A DNA stretch of 64,000 nucleotides from a virus (lineage: Duplodnaviria > Caudoviricetes), in IMG/VR virus record IMGVR_UViG_3300020577_005688, positions 32,001 through 96,000 of that record. One strand, written 5' to 3'. The first letter of the stretch is position 1; each line of letters begins with the position of its first letter. Below are positions 36,557 through 45,204 of the stretch, piece after piece. A program made the translations under genes and the position numbers. Below the pieces are notes generated by a model, which was not told the origin of the DNA, searched no databases, and was given only the letters and a program-made list of their open reading frames with translations.

Positions 36557-37117
36557 TTGGCGTTTTCATACGGAGACCCGACAAGAAGTGTCAATCTTTT
36601 AGGTCCAAAGCCTCCGTGTTGGGGGACATCGAAGTACGACAACGAAGACCGAGAATGCCGTGCCTGTGGGTTTCAGAACACCTGTCGTGACCAGGTGATC
36701 AAGTTGAAGCCAGTTACACCAGCCCCAGTACCAGTGGCGAGTTTCTTCAATCAGTACCAGACTCCGACACCATATGCTGCCCCACAGCCCGCGCCACAAC
36801 CAGCTCAACAATTTGTTCGAGTCACCCCAACACCGGTTCAACCAGCCCAAGTCCAGATGAAGCCTGTTGTTCCAGCAACAGGTCAGGTGCAACCTGCTCA
36901 GTTCAATGACAGGTATGGCCAGTTTCAAGACCCCATGTTCAACTCAATCAAGGCCACTCCAAGTGTCCTGAGGCCTCAGTTTCCAAACGAGAGCTTCCCA
37001 ACACGAGTTGCAAAAAACATGGCCCTCGCAGGTCTGGAATCTGCTATCGGAGAGCTTCTGCTAGGCGTACGTCAGTTCATCTGGGCTCCGAAGCCAGACG
37101 ACGATCAGAACAAGTAG
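36557..37117 (+). CDS. Hypothetical protein with an N-terminal Cys cluster and P/Q-rich linker
   Basis: GGAGG RBS; PCWG...ECRACGFQNTC. Confidence 0.7.
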   Translation: MAFSYGDPTRSVNLLGPKPPCWGTSKYDNEDRECRACGFQNTCRDQVIKLKPVTPAPVPVASFFNQYQTPTPYAAPQPAPQPAQQFVRVTPTPVQPAQVQMKPVVPATGQVQPAQFNDRYGQFQDPMFNSIKATPSVLRPQFPNESFPTRVAKNMALAGLESAIGELLLGVRQFIWAPKPDDDQNK

Positions 37118-37125
37118 GAGAGTCA

Positions 37126-38595
37126 ATGATTCTTGAGTTCGCGAAGAAAGAGTCTGACAAGGCATACGTCTCGAACCACCTCTGGCTCCCAAAGTCAGAG
37201 GTGCGTGTCGGGCCGGTGAAGCGAGCTCTCGAATTCACCGTTAGCACGCAAGGCCAACAAGAGACTCTTCGGATGTGGTCCGAAACAAAGACACACATCA
37301 TCTGCCCACGAGAGTTTCTATCACCAAGTGAATACCCAAAGTATTCATTTCCATTCGTAGACATTCGAATGGAGTTCGAGAAGGTCAAGTTCAAAGACTT
37401 GGTCGTTCCTCGAAATGCCGAACAAGAGAGGGCCTGGGCAGCCCTCTCGCAGTTCGATAACGGCATCCTTAATCTTGGATGTGGAAAAGGAAAGACGAAG
37501 CTCGCACTGAAGAAGATTGCTCAACGGGGACTTCCCACTCTGGTCATTGTTCCAGATGGAGGAATCCTCGACCAGTGGCGTCGCTCTATCTACGGCTCTG
37601 GTGAAACACCGCCTGGACTTGAATTCGAGGGAGAACTCGGACTCATCCAAGGCCAGACGTTCGATTGGAAAAGACCAATTACCTTAGCTCTCGTCACTAC
37701 CCTGGCACTCAGGATTCGTGACGGAGCAGTACCTGAGGACATGTTTAGGTACTTCGGTCAAATCGTATATGACGAAGTACACCAAATCGGGGCCCCGATG
37801 TTCAGTCTCACAGCTGCTCCTTTCTATGGAGACAGGATTGGACTGACCGCTACGGTCAAGCGAGAAGACGGTCTTGACCCTATCTATCGCTACCACATCG
37901 GAGAACCGTTCTATTCAGACCTGACTCAAGACCTCATTCCAAAGATCTTCTTCTATCAGACTCCGGTGAAGATCGACATGGCGAAAGCCGCAGATGTCAA
38001 TGGAATGACGAACATCTCAAAGCTGCGTGGAGAGCTCGGAAAAGACCTGACAGGGAACACATTCAGGTATTGGTTGATCAAGAAGGCGTTGGATGATGGG
38101 AGAAAGATCCTGTGTCTCTCTCACTCAAAGGCACAGCTCCGTCTTTTTCATCAGATGTTTCCTGGATCGTCTCTCATCGTATCTGAAACAGACAGGGATG
38201 AGAGGACCGACGCACTCAGAAATAGTCAGATCTGTTTTGCAATCGCAAGACTCGGAGCTGTTGGCGTAGACGACGATAAACTGGATACCCTCTTCTGGCT
38301 CACGCCTTACCGGTCTAAGATTCTCCTCCAACAGTCCATGGGACGAATCCAACGTTTCAGGGAAGGCAAGAGGGATCCACTCATGGTGGTGTTCGAAGAT
38401 TGGTTCATCCCACCATTCAAAAAGCTCTGCGGGGCGGTCAAAAGAACGCTCAGAGAGTGGAACTACGAGTTCTCAGTACTCAAACCTCGTGAAGCAAAAC
38501 TTCCAGAAAAACTCCCTTCGTCGGTACAAGCAATCTACGACGAAGTACTTACCACTTTGAAGGACGAACAAGATGACACAGAAGACACTGAATAA
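37126..38595 (+). CDS. Superfamily 2 DNA helicase (UvsW/Rad25-like)
   Basis: GCGKGKT, YDEVH, GLTAT and QSMGRIQR motifs. Confidence 0.9.
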   Translation: MILEFAKKESDKAYVSNHLWLPKSEVRVGPVKRALEFTVSTQGQQETLRMWSETKTHIICPREFLSPSEYPKYSFPFVDIRMEFEKVKFKDLVVPRNAEQERAWAALSQFDNGILNLGCGKGKTKLALKKIAQRGLPTLVIVPDGGILDQWRRSIYGSGETPPGLEFEGELGLIQGQTFDWKRPITLALVTTLALRIRDGAVPEDMFRYFGQIVYDEVHQIGAPMFSLTAAPFYGDRIGLTATVKREDGLDPIYRYHIGEPFYSDLTQDLIPKIFFYQTPVKIDMAKAADVNGMTNISKLRGELGKDLTGNTFRYWLIKKALDDGRKILCLSHSKAQLRLFHQMFPGSSLIVSETDRDERTDALRNSQICFAIARLGAVGVDDDKLDTLFWLTPYRSKILLQQSMGRIQRFREGKRDPLMVVFEDWFIPPFKKLCGAVKRTLREWNYEFSVLKPREAKLPEKLPSSVQAIYDEVLTTLKDEQDDTEDTE

Positions 38596-38986
38596 GACCG
38601 AACTACTCACCTTCTTCACCGAGAAGGGCGTAGAGGTTTCAAAGCTCGTTGTTGTTTACGTTGGACCGGATACTCTCATTGGAGAGACGAATGACCCAAA
38701 CTCAGAGGTGATTGGGTTGAAGAATCCGAAGAGGATTTTCCGTCTCTCGCAGATGCAGAGTGGGGGTCTGGTTCTGAGCTACATGCTTGGAGACTGGGAC
38801 TTCATGGAGACTGGAATCATCAACGTGAGACCACAGGCATGGTACCACTTGCTCTCAGAGCCGGACTCTGTGATCGAAGCAGTTCTCAATCTCTACAGGG
38901 AATTCCTCAACCGAAAGGTGCTCAACAAGGCGGAAGAGGCTGGTCTCGTTCTTCCCACAATTGAGAGCCCGTTCAGAAAGAAGTGA
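38573..38986 (+). CDS. Hypothetical protein
   Basis: In-operon ORF with AAGGA RBS. Confidence 0.65.
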   Translation: MTQKTLNKTELLTFFTEKGVEVSKLVVVYVGPDTLIGETNDPNSEVIGLKNPKRIFRLSQMQSGGLVLSYMLGDWDFMETGIINVRPQAWYHLLSEPDSVIEAVLNLYREFLNRKVLNKAEEAGLVLPTIESPFRKK

Positions 38987-38989
38987 TGG

Positions 38990-39814
38990 ATGGCGGCTAA
39001 GAAAGCCAAGAAAGAGGAAGTAGTCATCCCAGTTCACGTCCTTCCGGGACAGACCAAGAAAGAAAAGCTTCAGCAACTCTACGAACAGTGGTTCAAGTGT
39101 CAGCGCTGCCAGCTTCATGAGTGCCGACTTGATGGGGATGGGACTCCGATTGAAGACATTGTCTTCTGTTCTGGGAACCCAGACGCCCGAATCATGATCA
39201 TCGGAGAGGCTCCTGGTGAGGAGGAAGCATCTACGCTGCTTCCATTCATTGGAAAGTCTGGGCGGTTGTTGAATCAGATCCTTGCCTCTGTCTCGGCAGA
39301 CCCAGAGGTCAAGCAGGAGTACATGAAGTATCTGAAGACTCGGCACTCGGCAGTCAGCGAGAACAAGTTCCAAGACTTCATGATGGAGTGGAGGGAGAAG
39401 AACTTCCTCATCACGAACATCGTTGGATGCCGCCCTCCAGAGAACCGAACCCCCATTCCTCCAGAAATCAAAGCCTGCAGCGAACGACTGGTAAACATCA
39501 TCTACACAGTCGACCCGATGCTCATCATTGCATCAGGAAAGACTGCAGCTGAGGCATTGCTCTCGAAGAAGATCGAAATCACGATGAAGAGAGGCGAACT
39601 CTTCGAGATGAAGATTCCGGGCAGATTCGGACCGGTGACGTATCCGGTTGTTCTGACCCTGCACCCTTCCTACCTCCTCAGGAAGGCAGATTGGAATGAT
39701 GAGCGTGGTGATTACACGAAGACCGTGCAGGATTTCATGAACGCCATGAAGATTTATGACTTCCTCATGGAGAAGAACTTCGGTACCACACCACCCGAGC
39801 GAGGATTCAAATGA
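38990..39814 (+). CDS. udg: Uracil-DNA glycosylase, family 4 (Fe-S)
   Basis: CQRCQL, IIGEAPG, PFIGKSG, CRPPENRTP and LHPSYLLR motifs. Confidence 0.9.
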   Translation: MAAKKAKKEEVVIPVHVLPGQTKKEKLQQLYEQWFKCQRCQLHECRLDGDGTPIEDIVFCSGNPDARIMIIGEAPGEEEASTLLPFIGKSGRLLNQILASVSADPEVKQEYMKYLKTRHSAVSENKFQDFMMEWREKNFLITNIVGCRPPENRTPIPPEIKACSERLVNIIYTVDPMLIIASGKTAAEALLSKKIEITMKRGELFEMKIPGRFGPVTYPVVLTLHPSYLLRKADWNDERGDYTKTVQDFMNAMKIYDFLMEKNFGTTPPERGFK

Positions 39815-40425
39815 GCACGAAGCTGGACCACGAGAAGGCTGTTGATGAGTTTCTTGAGATTGACCAGAAGTACACGACTCTGGAATCTCAATTCATGTCT
39901 GGCGAACTGCTCAGTCGAGTCATGGGAGGAATTGGTTCTATCCCTCCAGACGCGGCAGAGTCTGTTGTTGAGCAATTCAAGGCCATGATTGAGGAGTTCA
40001 AGAATCTCCTCGATGAGCGCAATACCCGTCTCCAGAACGCCAAGAATGCCCTCAGACAGGCTGTACACCTTGCCCCCAGTCAGTGGAGGGGTCGAGATGG
40101 AAAGTCGAGCGTGCTCAACTACGGCTCGTTCAGCGTGTCTTCTGTAACGAGGCGCTGGCTCGATGGAGAGACCTTGAAGATGAATGCAACGTCAAAGGGT
40201 ATCTACGACGACCTGAAGAAGCTGAAAGGGTTCGACAAGGACGGTAAAGAGTACAACCTCATTCAAGAGAAGATCGAGGTTGATTACGAGTCCGTTGTGA
40301 AGTGGTTGGTTGACCACGGACATGTAGACCTCGTTGAGTCCGCGTACGACGAGAGAGAAGTTACCGCTCAAGTCAAGGGACCCAAGCCTCTGGCCTTCTT
40401 CGGAGAGAAGAAAGGGGATTCTTGA
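39811..40425 (+). CDS. Hypothetical protein
   Basis: ATGA-coupled ORF, 204 aa. Confidence 0.7.
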   Translation: MSTKLDHEKAVDEFLEIDQKYTTLESQFMSGELLSRVMGGIGSIPPDAAESVVEQFKAMIEEFKNLLDERNTRLQNAKNALRQAVHLAPSQWRGRDGKSSVLNYGSFSVSSVTRRWLDGETLKMNATSKGIYDDLKKLKGFDKDGKEYNLIQEKIEVDYESVVKWLVDHGHVDLVESAYDEREVTAQVKGPKPLAFFGEKKGDS

Positions 40426-40778
40426 AGCTCCCAAAAATCAAGGTCTCCAGGACATTCGGAGACAAGCAAGAAACCATCAGCGAAGTTGCCCAATCAGATA
40501 TCCCAGAGGAATTCATGAGCGAGTTCAAAGCACTTGTTGGAGATGGAAAGGCGCACGTCTCAGTCTCAGCCGACATGTCAATCAAAGACTTCGGAACTGG
40601 TGCTGGTGCGATGATTACTGTCTCCCTCACCTGCGGGCAGGACAGAGATACCATCGAGCAGGCCATCGACTTGGCAGGAGTTGTCGCAAGACAGTACGCC
40701 GCCGAACATCAGAAGCAGGCAGAGGTGGAACTCAATAAGTTGATTGAGTCGAGGAAGAAAGCGCAGACCTTCGGATGA
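40422..40778 (+). CDS. Hypothetical protein
   Basis: TTGA-coupled ORF. Confidence 0.65.
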   Translation: MKLPKIKVSRTFGDKQETISEVAQSDIPEEFMSEFKALVGDGKAHVSVSADMSIKDFGTGAGAMITVSLTCGQDRDTIEQAIDLAGVVARQYAAEHQKQAEVELNKLIESRKKAQTFG

Positions 40779-41104
40779 TCTCTCGAACTGGAAGGTTGCG
40801 TGCGGACTCTGTTCGAATCACAGAGTTCAATGTTCGAATCTCTCCAGGTCCTGAGGGAGAGAACCTCTACACCTCATTCCAAGGGAAGTATGCTCTGGTC
40901 CACGCGGAGACTGGAACCATCATTGGCTCCGGGAATTTCGACCAGCCTGGAAAGATTGCAGGCGAGCAGCTGCACGCACTGGTGACGATTCTTGAGGAGA
41001 ACTTGTGCGACATGCTGTTCGAGGGACCCCCACCTCAGAGCACCACAACAGATAGTGGCGTTTCTGAAGAAGAGGCACCAGTAGATGATGTTCCCGGTCT
41101 TTGA
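40775..41104 (+). CDS. Hypothetical protein with acidic tail
   Basis: ATGA-coupled ORF. Confidence 0.65.
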   Translation: MISRTGRLRADSVRITEFNVRISPGPEGENLYTSFQGKYALVHAETGTIIGSGNFDQPGKIAGEQLHALVTILEENLCDMLFEGPPPQSTTTDSGVSEEEAPVDDVPGL

Positions 41105-41128
41105 TTGACTTCAGAGATTCGGCCACGT

Positions 41129-41236
41129 AGAGCTCTTGCGCCGTTCCTACTCGGAAGCGGGAAAGAGCTCTTCGACTCTCGGGATAAAGAACCTGACTCG
41201 GACTCTGCTTAGAGGGCAGGGTCAGGTTCTTTTCTC
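41129..41236 (+). other. Two long intergenic stem-loops upstream of the helicase; the second is terminator-like
   Basis: AGAGCTCTT/AAGAGCTCT stem and AAAGAACCTGAC/GTCAGGTTCTTT stem followed by a T-rich tract. Confidence 0.6.
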
Positions 41237-41252
41237 TTAACTTGGAGGTCAG

Positions 41253-42671
41253 GTGTCCTCAAACATCGAATTTGCACTCATCTCTGCGATCATCGCAAAC
41301 AAGGATTTCCACACTGCAAACAAGCTACAAATCAATGAAGGGTTCTTCGCTTCTCCAGAGACGCGTGAAGTCTATCGCTTTCTGAGGAACACGTACTTCG
41401 ACAGCAGCACGCACGGTCAAGTACCGAGTGCTGAGATGGTGAAGTACCATTTCCCATCTTTCTTCTTCACTCCAACACATGACACGGTAGCCATTCTCGC
41501 GTCACAGCTGAGGCGAGAGAAGGTGCGCACGGAGATCTTGAAGCTGTCACAGGATCTCGGAGTACTTGCTGAGAAGGACCCATTCGAGGCGCTTCAATCC
41601 ATTCGAGCTGAGTCTGCGAAGCTTGCCGCACTGTCTGAAGCAGGAGCGGACCTTCCACTCTCAGGCGCTCACGATGTTCTATTGAATCGATACGAAGCAG
41701 TTCAGACTTCAAACGGTTTGCTGGGTATTCCCTACCCGTGGCAGGCGATGAACGAAGAAACACAGGGAATGCAGCCCAGTCAGTTCATCATTCTGTACGG
41801 TCGACCGAAGTCGATGAAGAGCTGGATTGCAGTTCACGAAGCAGTGCATGCGTACGTTCACTCTCGAAAGCGCGTCCTCTTTTACACGAGAGAGATGAAT
41901 CCGCTCATGGTTGCGCAACGTGTTGCGTGCGCTCTTACGAAGGTGGACTACAAATCGTACAAGAACGGCACGCTACAACCAGAAATCAAGCAGCACGTTT
42001 TCACCATCCTGAAAGAGCTCATCGATGATGAAAAGAGCTTGAACGTGCAAAATGGCCAAGGACCTTGTTTTGTTATTACGACTGACAGGTCAGGAGCCAA
42101 TTCTGGAGGCGGTGGCGGTGTTGGTTGGCTCCAGTCGAAGATTCGAGACCTCAAGCCCGACATCGTCTTTGTAGACGGCATGTACCTGATGATGGACGAC
42201 CGGTCGAGGTCTAGGTCTGTCGACTGGAAGAACATGGCTCACATCTCTCAGGACCTGAAACTCACAGCCCAGGACTTCGATATCCCTGTGGTCGGCGTCA
42301 CTCAAGCAACACGAGCGGCAGACAAGAGCAAGGGAGAGGACCTCACGGAACTGGCATACGCTGACGCGTTCGGTCAAGACGCTGATGCCGTCTTCCGTGT
42401 CTCAAAGAAAGACGTCATCGATGAGAACAATCAGAAGAGAACCGAACTCTATCTGACAGCACCCGGCCTTCGAGAAGGTAAGTTCGATGGAATCATCGTT
42501 CGAGGCGAACCTGCCACGAGCTTTGATTACATCAAGACCATCATCGATATGGAGGCTGAGGATGACGGGAAACATGAGTCTGCATACGGCTCGAAGGGCT
42601 CCAGCAGTCCGTTCAAGAAAGGCGACGTGGGTCCGAAGATTCCACTGAAGACCCTCAAGACAGTTAAATGA
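41253..42671 (+). CDS. dnaB: Replicative DnaB-like helicase
   Basis: GIPYPW, YGRPKSMKSW (Walker A), IVFVDGMYLM, VGVTQ and DAFGQDAD motifs; GGAGG RBS. Confidence 0.88.
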   Translation: MSSNIEFALISAIIANKDFHTANKLQINEGFFASPETREVYRFLRNTYFDSSTHGQVPSAEMVKYHFPSFFFTPTHDTVAILASQLRREKVRTEILKLSQDLGVLAEKDPFEALQSIRAESAKLAALSEAGADLPLSGAHDVLLNRYEAVQTSNGLLGIPYPWQAMNEETQGMQPSQFIILYGRPKSMKSWIAVHEAVHAYVHSRKRVLFYTREMNPLMVAQRVACALTKVDYKSYKNGTLQPEIKQHVFTILKELIDDEKSLNVQNGQGPCFVITTDRSGANSGGGGGVGWLQSKIRDLKPDIVFVDGMYLMMDDRSRSRSVDWKNMAHISQDLKLTAQDFDIPVVGVTQATRAADKSKGEDLTELAYADAFGQDADAVFRVSKKDVIDENNQKRTELYLTAPGLREGKFDGIIVRGEPATSFDYIKTIIDMEAEDDGKHESAYGSKGSSSPFKKGDVGPKIPLKTLKTVK

Positions 42672-43756
42672 GAGAGCACATCATTGCTTTGGTGAGCCAG
42701 TACTTGCCTGGCCCCTTCAAGGCAAGTGGCTCGAACATCGTCTGCAAATGTCCGTTCCACAAAGGGGGAAACGAAACCAGTCCCTCCTTTGGCATCAATC
42801 TAGAGAAAGGAGTCTTCAATTGCTTTTCATGCCATGAGTCAGGAGATATCAGAAGGCTCCTCAGACTCATGGGCGCATCGAGAGAGACAATCGATGCCGA
42901 GCTCAAATCCATCCAACCAGAACTGGACAGGGCACGTGAGCTTCACGGAAAAGTCCAAGAGAACTTCTTTCGAGAGAAGGACCCATTCAAGACAGAGTAC
43001 ACTCTGCCCGAGGTCATTCTTGGTGTTTACGATTGGATGCCAACCAAGCTCGCAGAGAAGGGGTTCGACCCAGCACTTCTTCAAGACATGGAGATTGGTT
43101 TCGACAGAATGAACAATCGAATCATGTACCCGATTCGAGATATGTACGGAAACCTTGCTGGGTTCTCAGGTGGAGCAACACTTCCGGAACAGTTCCCGAA
43201 GTACAAGGTGTACCAAGGCGGTTCGAAGAAAGGCTCCCTCTGGTCACCGGCAGATTTTGGAAGTTGGTTCGATGAGCAGCACCCTGGGTATCGGTTCGAG
43301 AATCACCATTTCCTGTGGAATTTCAACAGGGTATTCCCCAGAGCCATCTCGATGTCAGAGGGGGCTGATACGGTGTTCATCGTCGAAGGATTCAAGGCTT
43401 GTCTCTGGATGATTCAAGCTGGCTTCAAGAACACGGTAGCGCTCATGGGGAGTGCTATCTCTGATAGGCAGCAGAGGATGCTGCACCGTCTTGGTGGAGA
43501 CATCGTTCTCTGTCTCGACAACGATGATGCTGGAAGGAAGGCAACCGAACGAATCGGAAATCTCCTCTGGGAGCCAATGTTCGGAAGGGTCTTTGTCATG
43601 CCTTACCCCGAGCAACATCGATTCGAGAAAACTCAGCCTGACGATTACCCGTTTTCTGTGCTACACCAGTTGATGCAGTCCGCTGTTCCGTTCGTACCTA
43701 AACCATCCCCTCGGGGACAAACAAAATACTCTTCGGAGCCAAAACAATGGGAATGA
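42668..43756 (+). CDS. dnaG: DNA primase (CHC2 zinc finger plus TOPRIM)
   Basis: CPFH...CFSC, IVEGFKA, ALMG and LDNDDAG motifs. Confidence 0.9.
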   Translation: MREHIIALVSQYLPGPFKASGSNIVCKCPFHKGGNETSPSFGINLEKGVFNCFSCHESGDIRRLLRLMGASRETIDAELKSIQPELDRARELHGKVQENFFREKDPFKTEYTLPEVILGVYDWMPTKLAEKGFDPALLQDMEIGFDRMNNRIMYPIRDMYGNLAGFSGGATLPEQFPKYKVYQGGSKKGSLWSPADFGSWFDEQHPGYRFENHHFLWNFNRVFPRAISMSEGADTVFIVEGFKACLWMIQAGFKNTVALMGSAISDRQQRMLHRLGGDIVLCLDNDDAGRKATERIGNLLWEPMFGRVFVMPYPEQHRFEKTQPDDYPFSVLHQLMQSAVPFVPKPSPRGQTKYSSEPKQWE

Positions 43757-45153
43757 GTGCCTTTCGTCGCAGTGCAATGTCGAACTCGCAGCAAAAGAAG
43801 AGCGGTGGAGGGGGAGGAAACTGGTACGAGGCGTACCGACTTCCGCAGGATGAGGCGACCCCTTTCGTACTCGTGAATGCAGAGTACATCGACCCTAACC
43901 CGTCCGCAGACCGAATCGAAATCGGACCAAACGGGCAACCGCTTCCGGTCAAGAACGCGTTCTACAAGTACCGCGTTCACAACAGGAAAGTCATCATCAA
44001 CGGGAAGGAGCGCTACCTCAGCGAGACGTGCTCGCAAGGTTACGATGCGCACAACCCGAAGCCGTGCGCTGGTTGCACCGCAATGGACTTGGGAGACAAG
44101 TCGGTTGGCATCTCCGACAAGTTCGTCTTCGCACTCGTTCACTTGGTCCCGTATCACCGTCATCCGCAGATGGATTACCAGACGGGGAAGTACAAGACTG
44201 ACAAGGAAGGAAAGCCGTACTTCACCTTCAGTGAGTGCGAAGGACGTACGTGCAACTTCTGCCGTATTCTCTCTGGTCAGCACCCGGTGAAAAGGAAGGA
44301 AGACAAGTACGACTTCCCAGCCTACAACCCCGCAGATGTCTCGACGGAGTTCGGCCACCGAAGGTACATCGAGATTGGAAAGTCCCACCTCTCGAATCTC
44401 GAAGCCTGGGATGTTGCCATCACGAATCAGTGCAGCGCTCACATCACGGACCAAGCTGGAAACGTTCTGGCTCGGTGCGGAAGTCAGCTCACGAGTGAGT
44501 CGTGGAACTGCCCCACGTGCGGCAACGTCGTCATCAACATGGCGAACGACCCGAGAACGGATGAAGAGATTGCTCAAGCGGTCTCGAATCCGTACCCGTG
44601 CTTGAACTGCCAGAAGACCGTGTTCCTGGAAGAAGAGACCAGCTGCGATAGCTGCGCTCAGGCAGGACGAGAGATGTTGCAGCTCGGTCTGTTCGATGTG
44701 GTTCTCTGGGGAAAGAGGCACGGAGAAGGAACGAAGAGCCAGCTCGTGCTCAACAAGTTCCAAACCGTCGATGAATTCCAGAAGACGCTCCCCGCTGGAA
44801 TCTTGGCGCTGTTGCAGGGGAAGACTGTGTTCGACGTCATCAAGGACTTGGGCAAGCCCTACGACTTCGACAAGTTCCTCTCCCCGAGGCCGCTCGACGA
44901 GCAGATGAAGAGGTTGAACCTCAACCTCAACATGTCGGGAACTCAGCAGCAGAGCATCTACGGGGCTCCTCCACAGGCTCAGGGTCCTACTGGATTCATT
45001 CCTCCGTGGCAGGACCAGCCTCAAGGACAGGTTCAGGCACCTCCGCCTCCTCCTGGAGCCTTCGTTGCGTACCCACCTCAGCAGACTCCTCAGCACGCGG
45101 TTCCTGGCCCTCAAGGGTTCCAGGTTCCGATGAAGCCGAACTTCGGTAAGTAA
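43747..45153 (+). CDS. Putative single-stranded DNA-binding protein with multiple zinc-binding motifs
   Basis: Between primase and polymerase; strongly biased codon use; own terminator; several CxxC pairs; KRHGEGTKS resembles the gp32-like K/R-x-G-x-G motif; P/Q-rich tail. Confidence 0.5.
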   Translation: MGMSAFRRSAMSNSQQKKSGGGGGNWYEAYRLPQDEATPFVLVNAEYIDPNPSADRIEIGPNGQPLPVKNAFYKYRVHNRKVIINGKERYLSETCSQGYDAHNPKPCAGCTAMDLGDKSVGISDKFVFALVHLVPYHRHPQMDYQTGKYKTDKEGKPYFTFSECEGRTCNFCRILSGQHPVKRKEDKYDFPAYNPADVSTEFGHRRYIEIGKSHLSNLEAWDVAITNQCSAHITDQAGNVLARCGSQLTSESWNCPTCGNVVINMANDPRTDEEIAQAVSNPYPCLNCQKTVFLEEETSCDSCAQAGREMLQLGLFDVVLWGKRHGEGTKSQLVLNKFQTVDEFQKTLPAGILALLQGKTVFDVIKDLGKPYDFDKFLSPRPLDEQMKRLNLNLNMSGTQQQSIYGAPPQAQGPTGFIPPWQDQPQGQVQAPPPPPGAFVAYPPQQTPQHAVPGPQGFQVPMKPNFGK

Positions 45154-45165
45154 GAAGTCCAATCG

Positions 45166-45198
45166 AGAGGCCCCTGTCGAAAGATGGGGGCCTCTTTT
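45166..45198 (+). terminator. Intrinsic terminator/attenuator between the SSB-like gene and polA
   Basis: AGAGGCCCC/GGGGCCTCT stem plus a short T-tract. Confidence 0.7.
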
Positions 45199-45204
45199 GG
45201 AGAA

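Noticed and set aside
43645-45162. 505-aa minus-strand ORF
   Set aside because: Antisense shadow of a strongly codon-biased plus-strand gene; no motifs and an unnatural composition.
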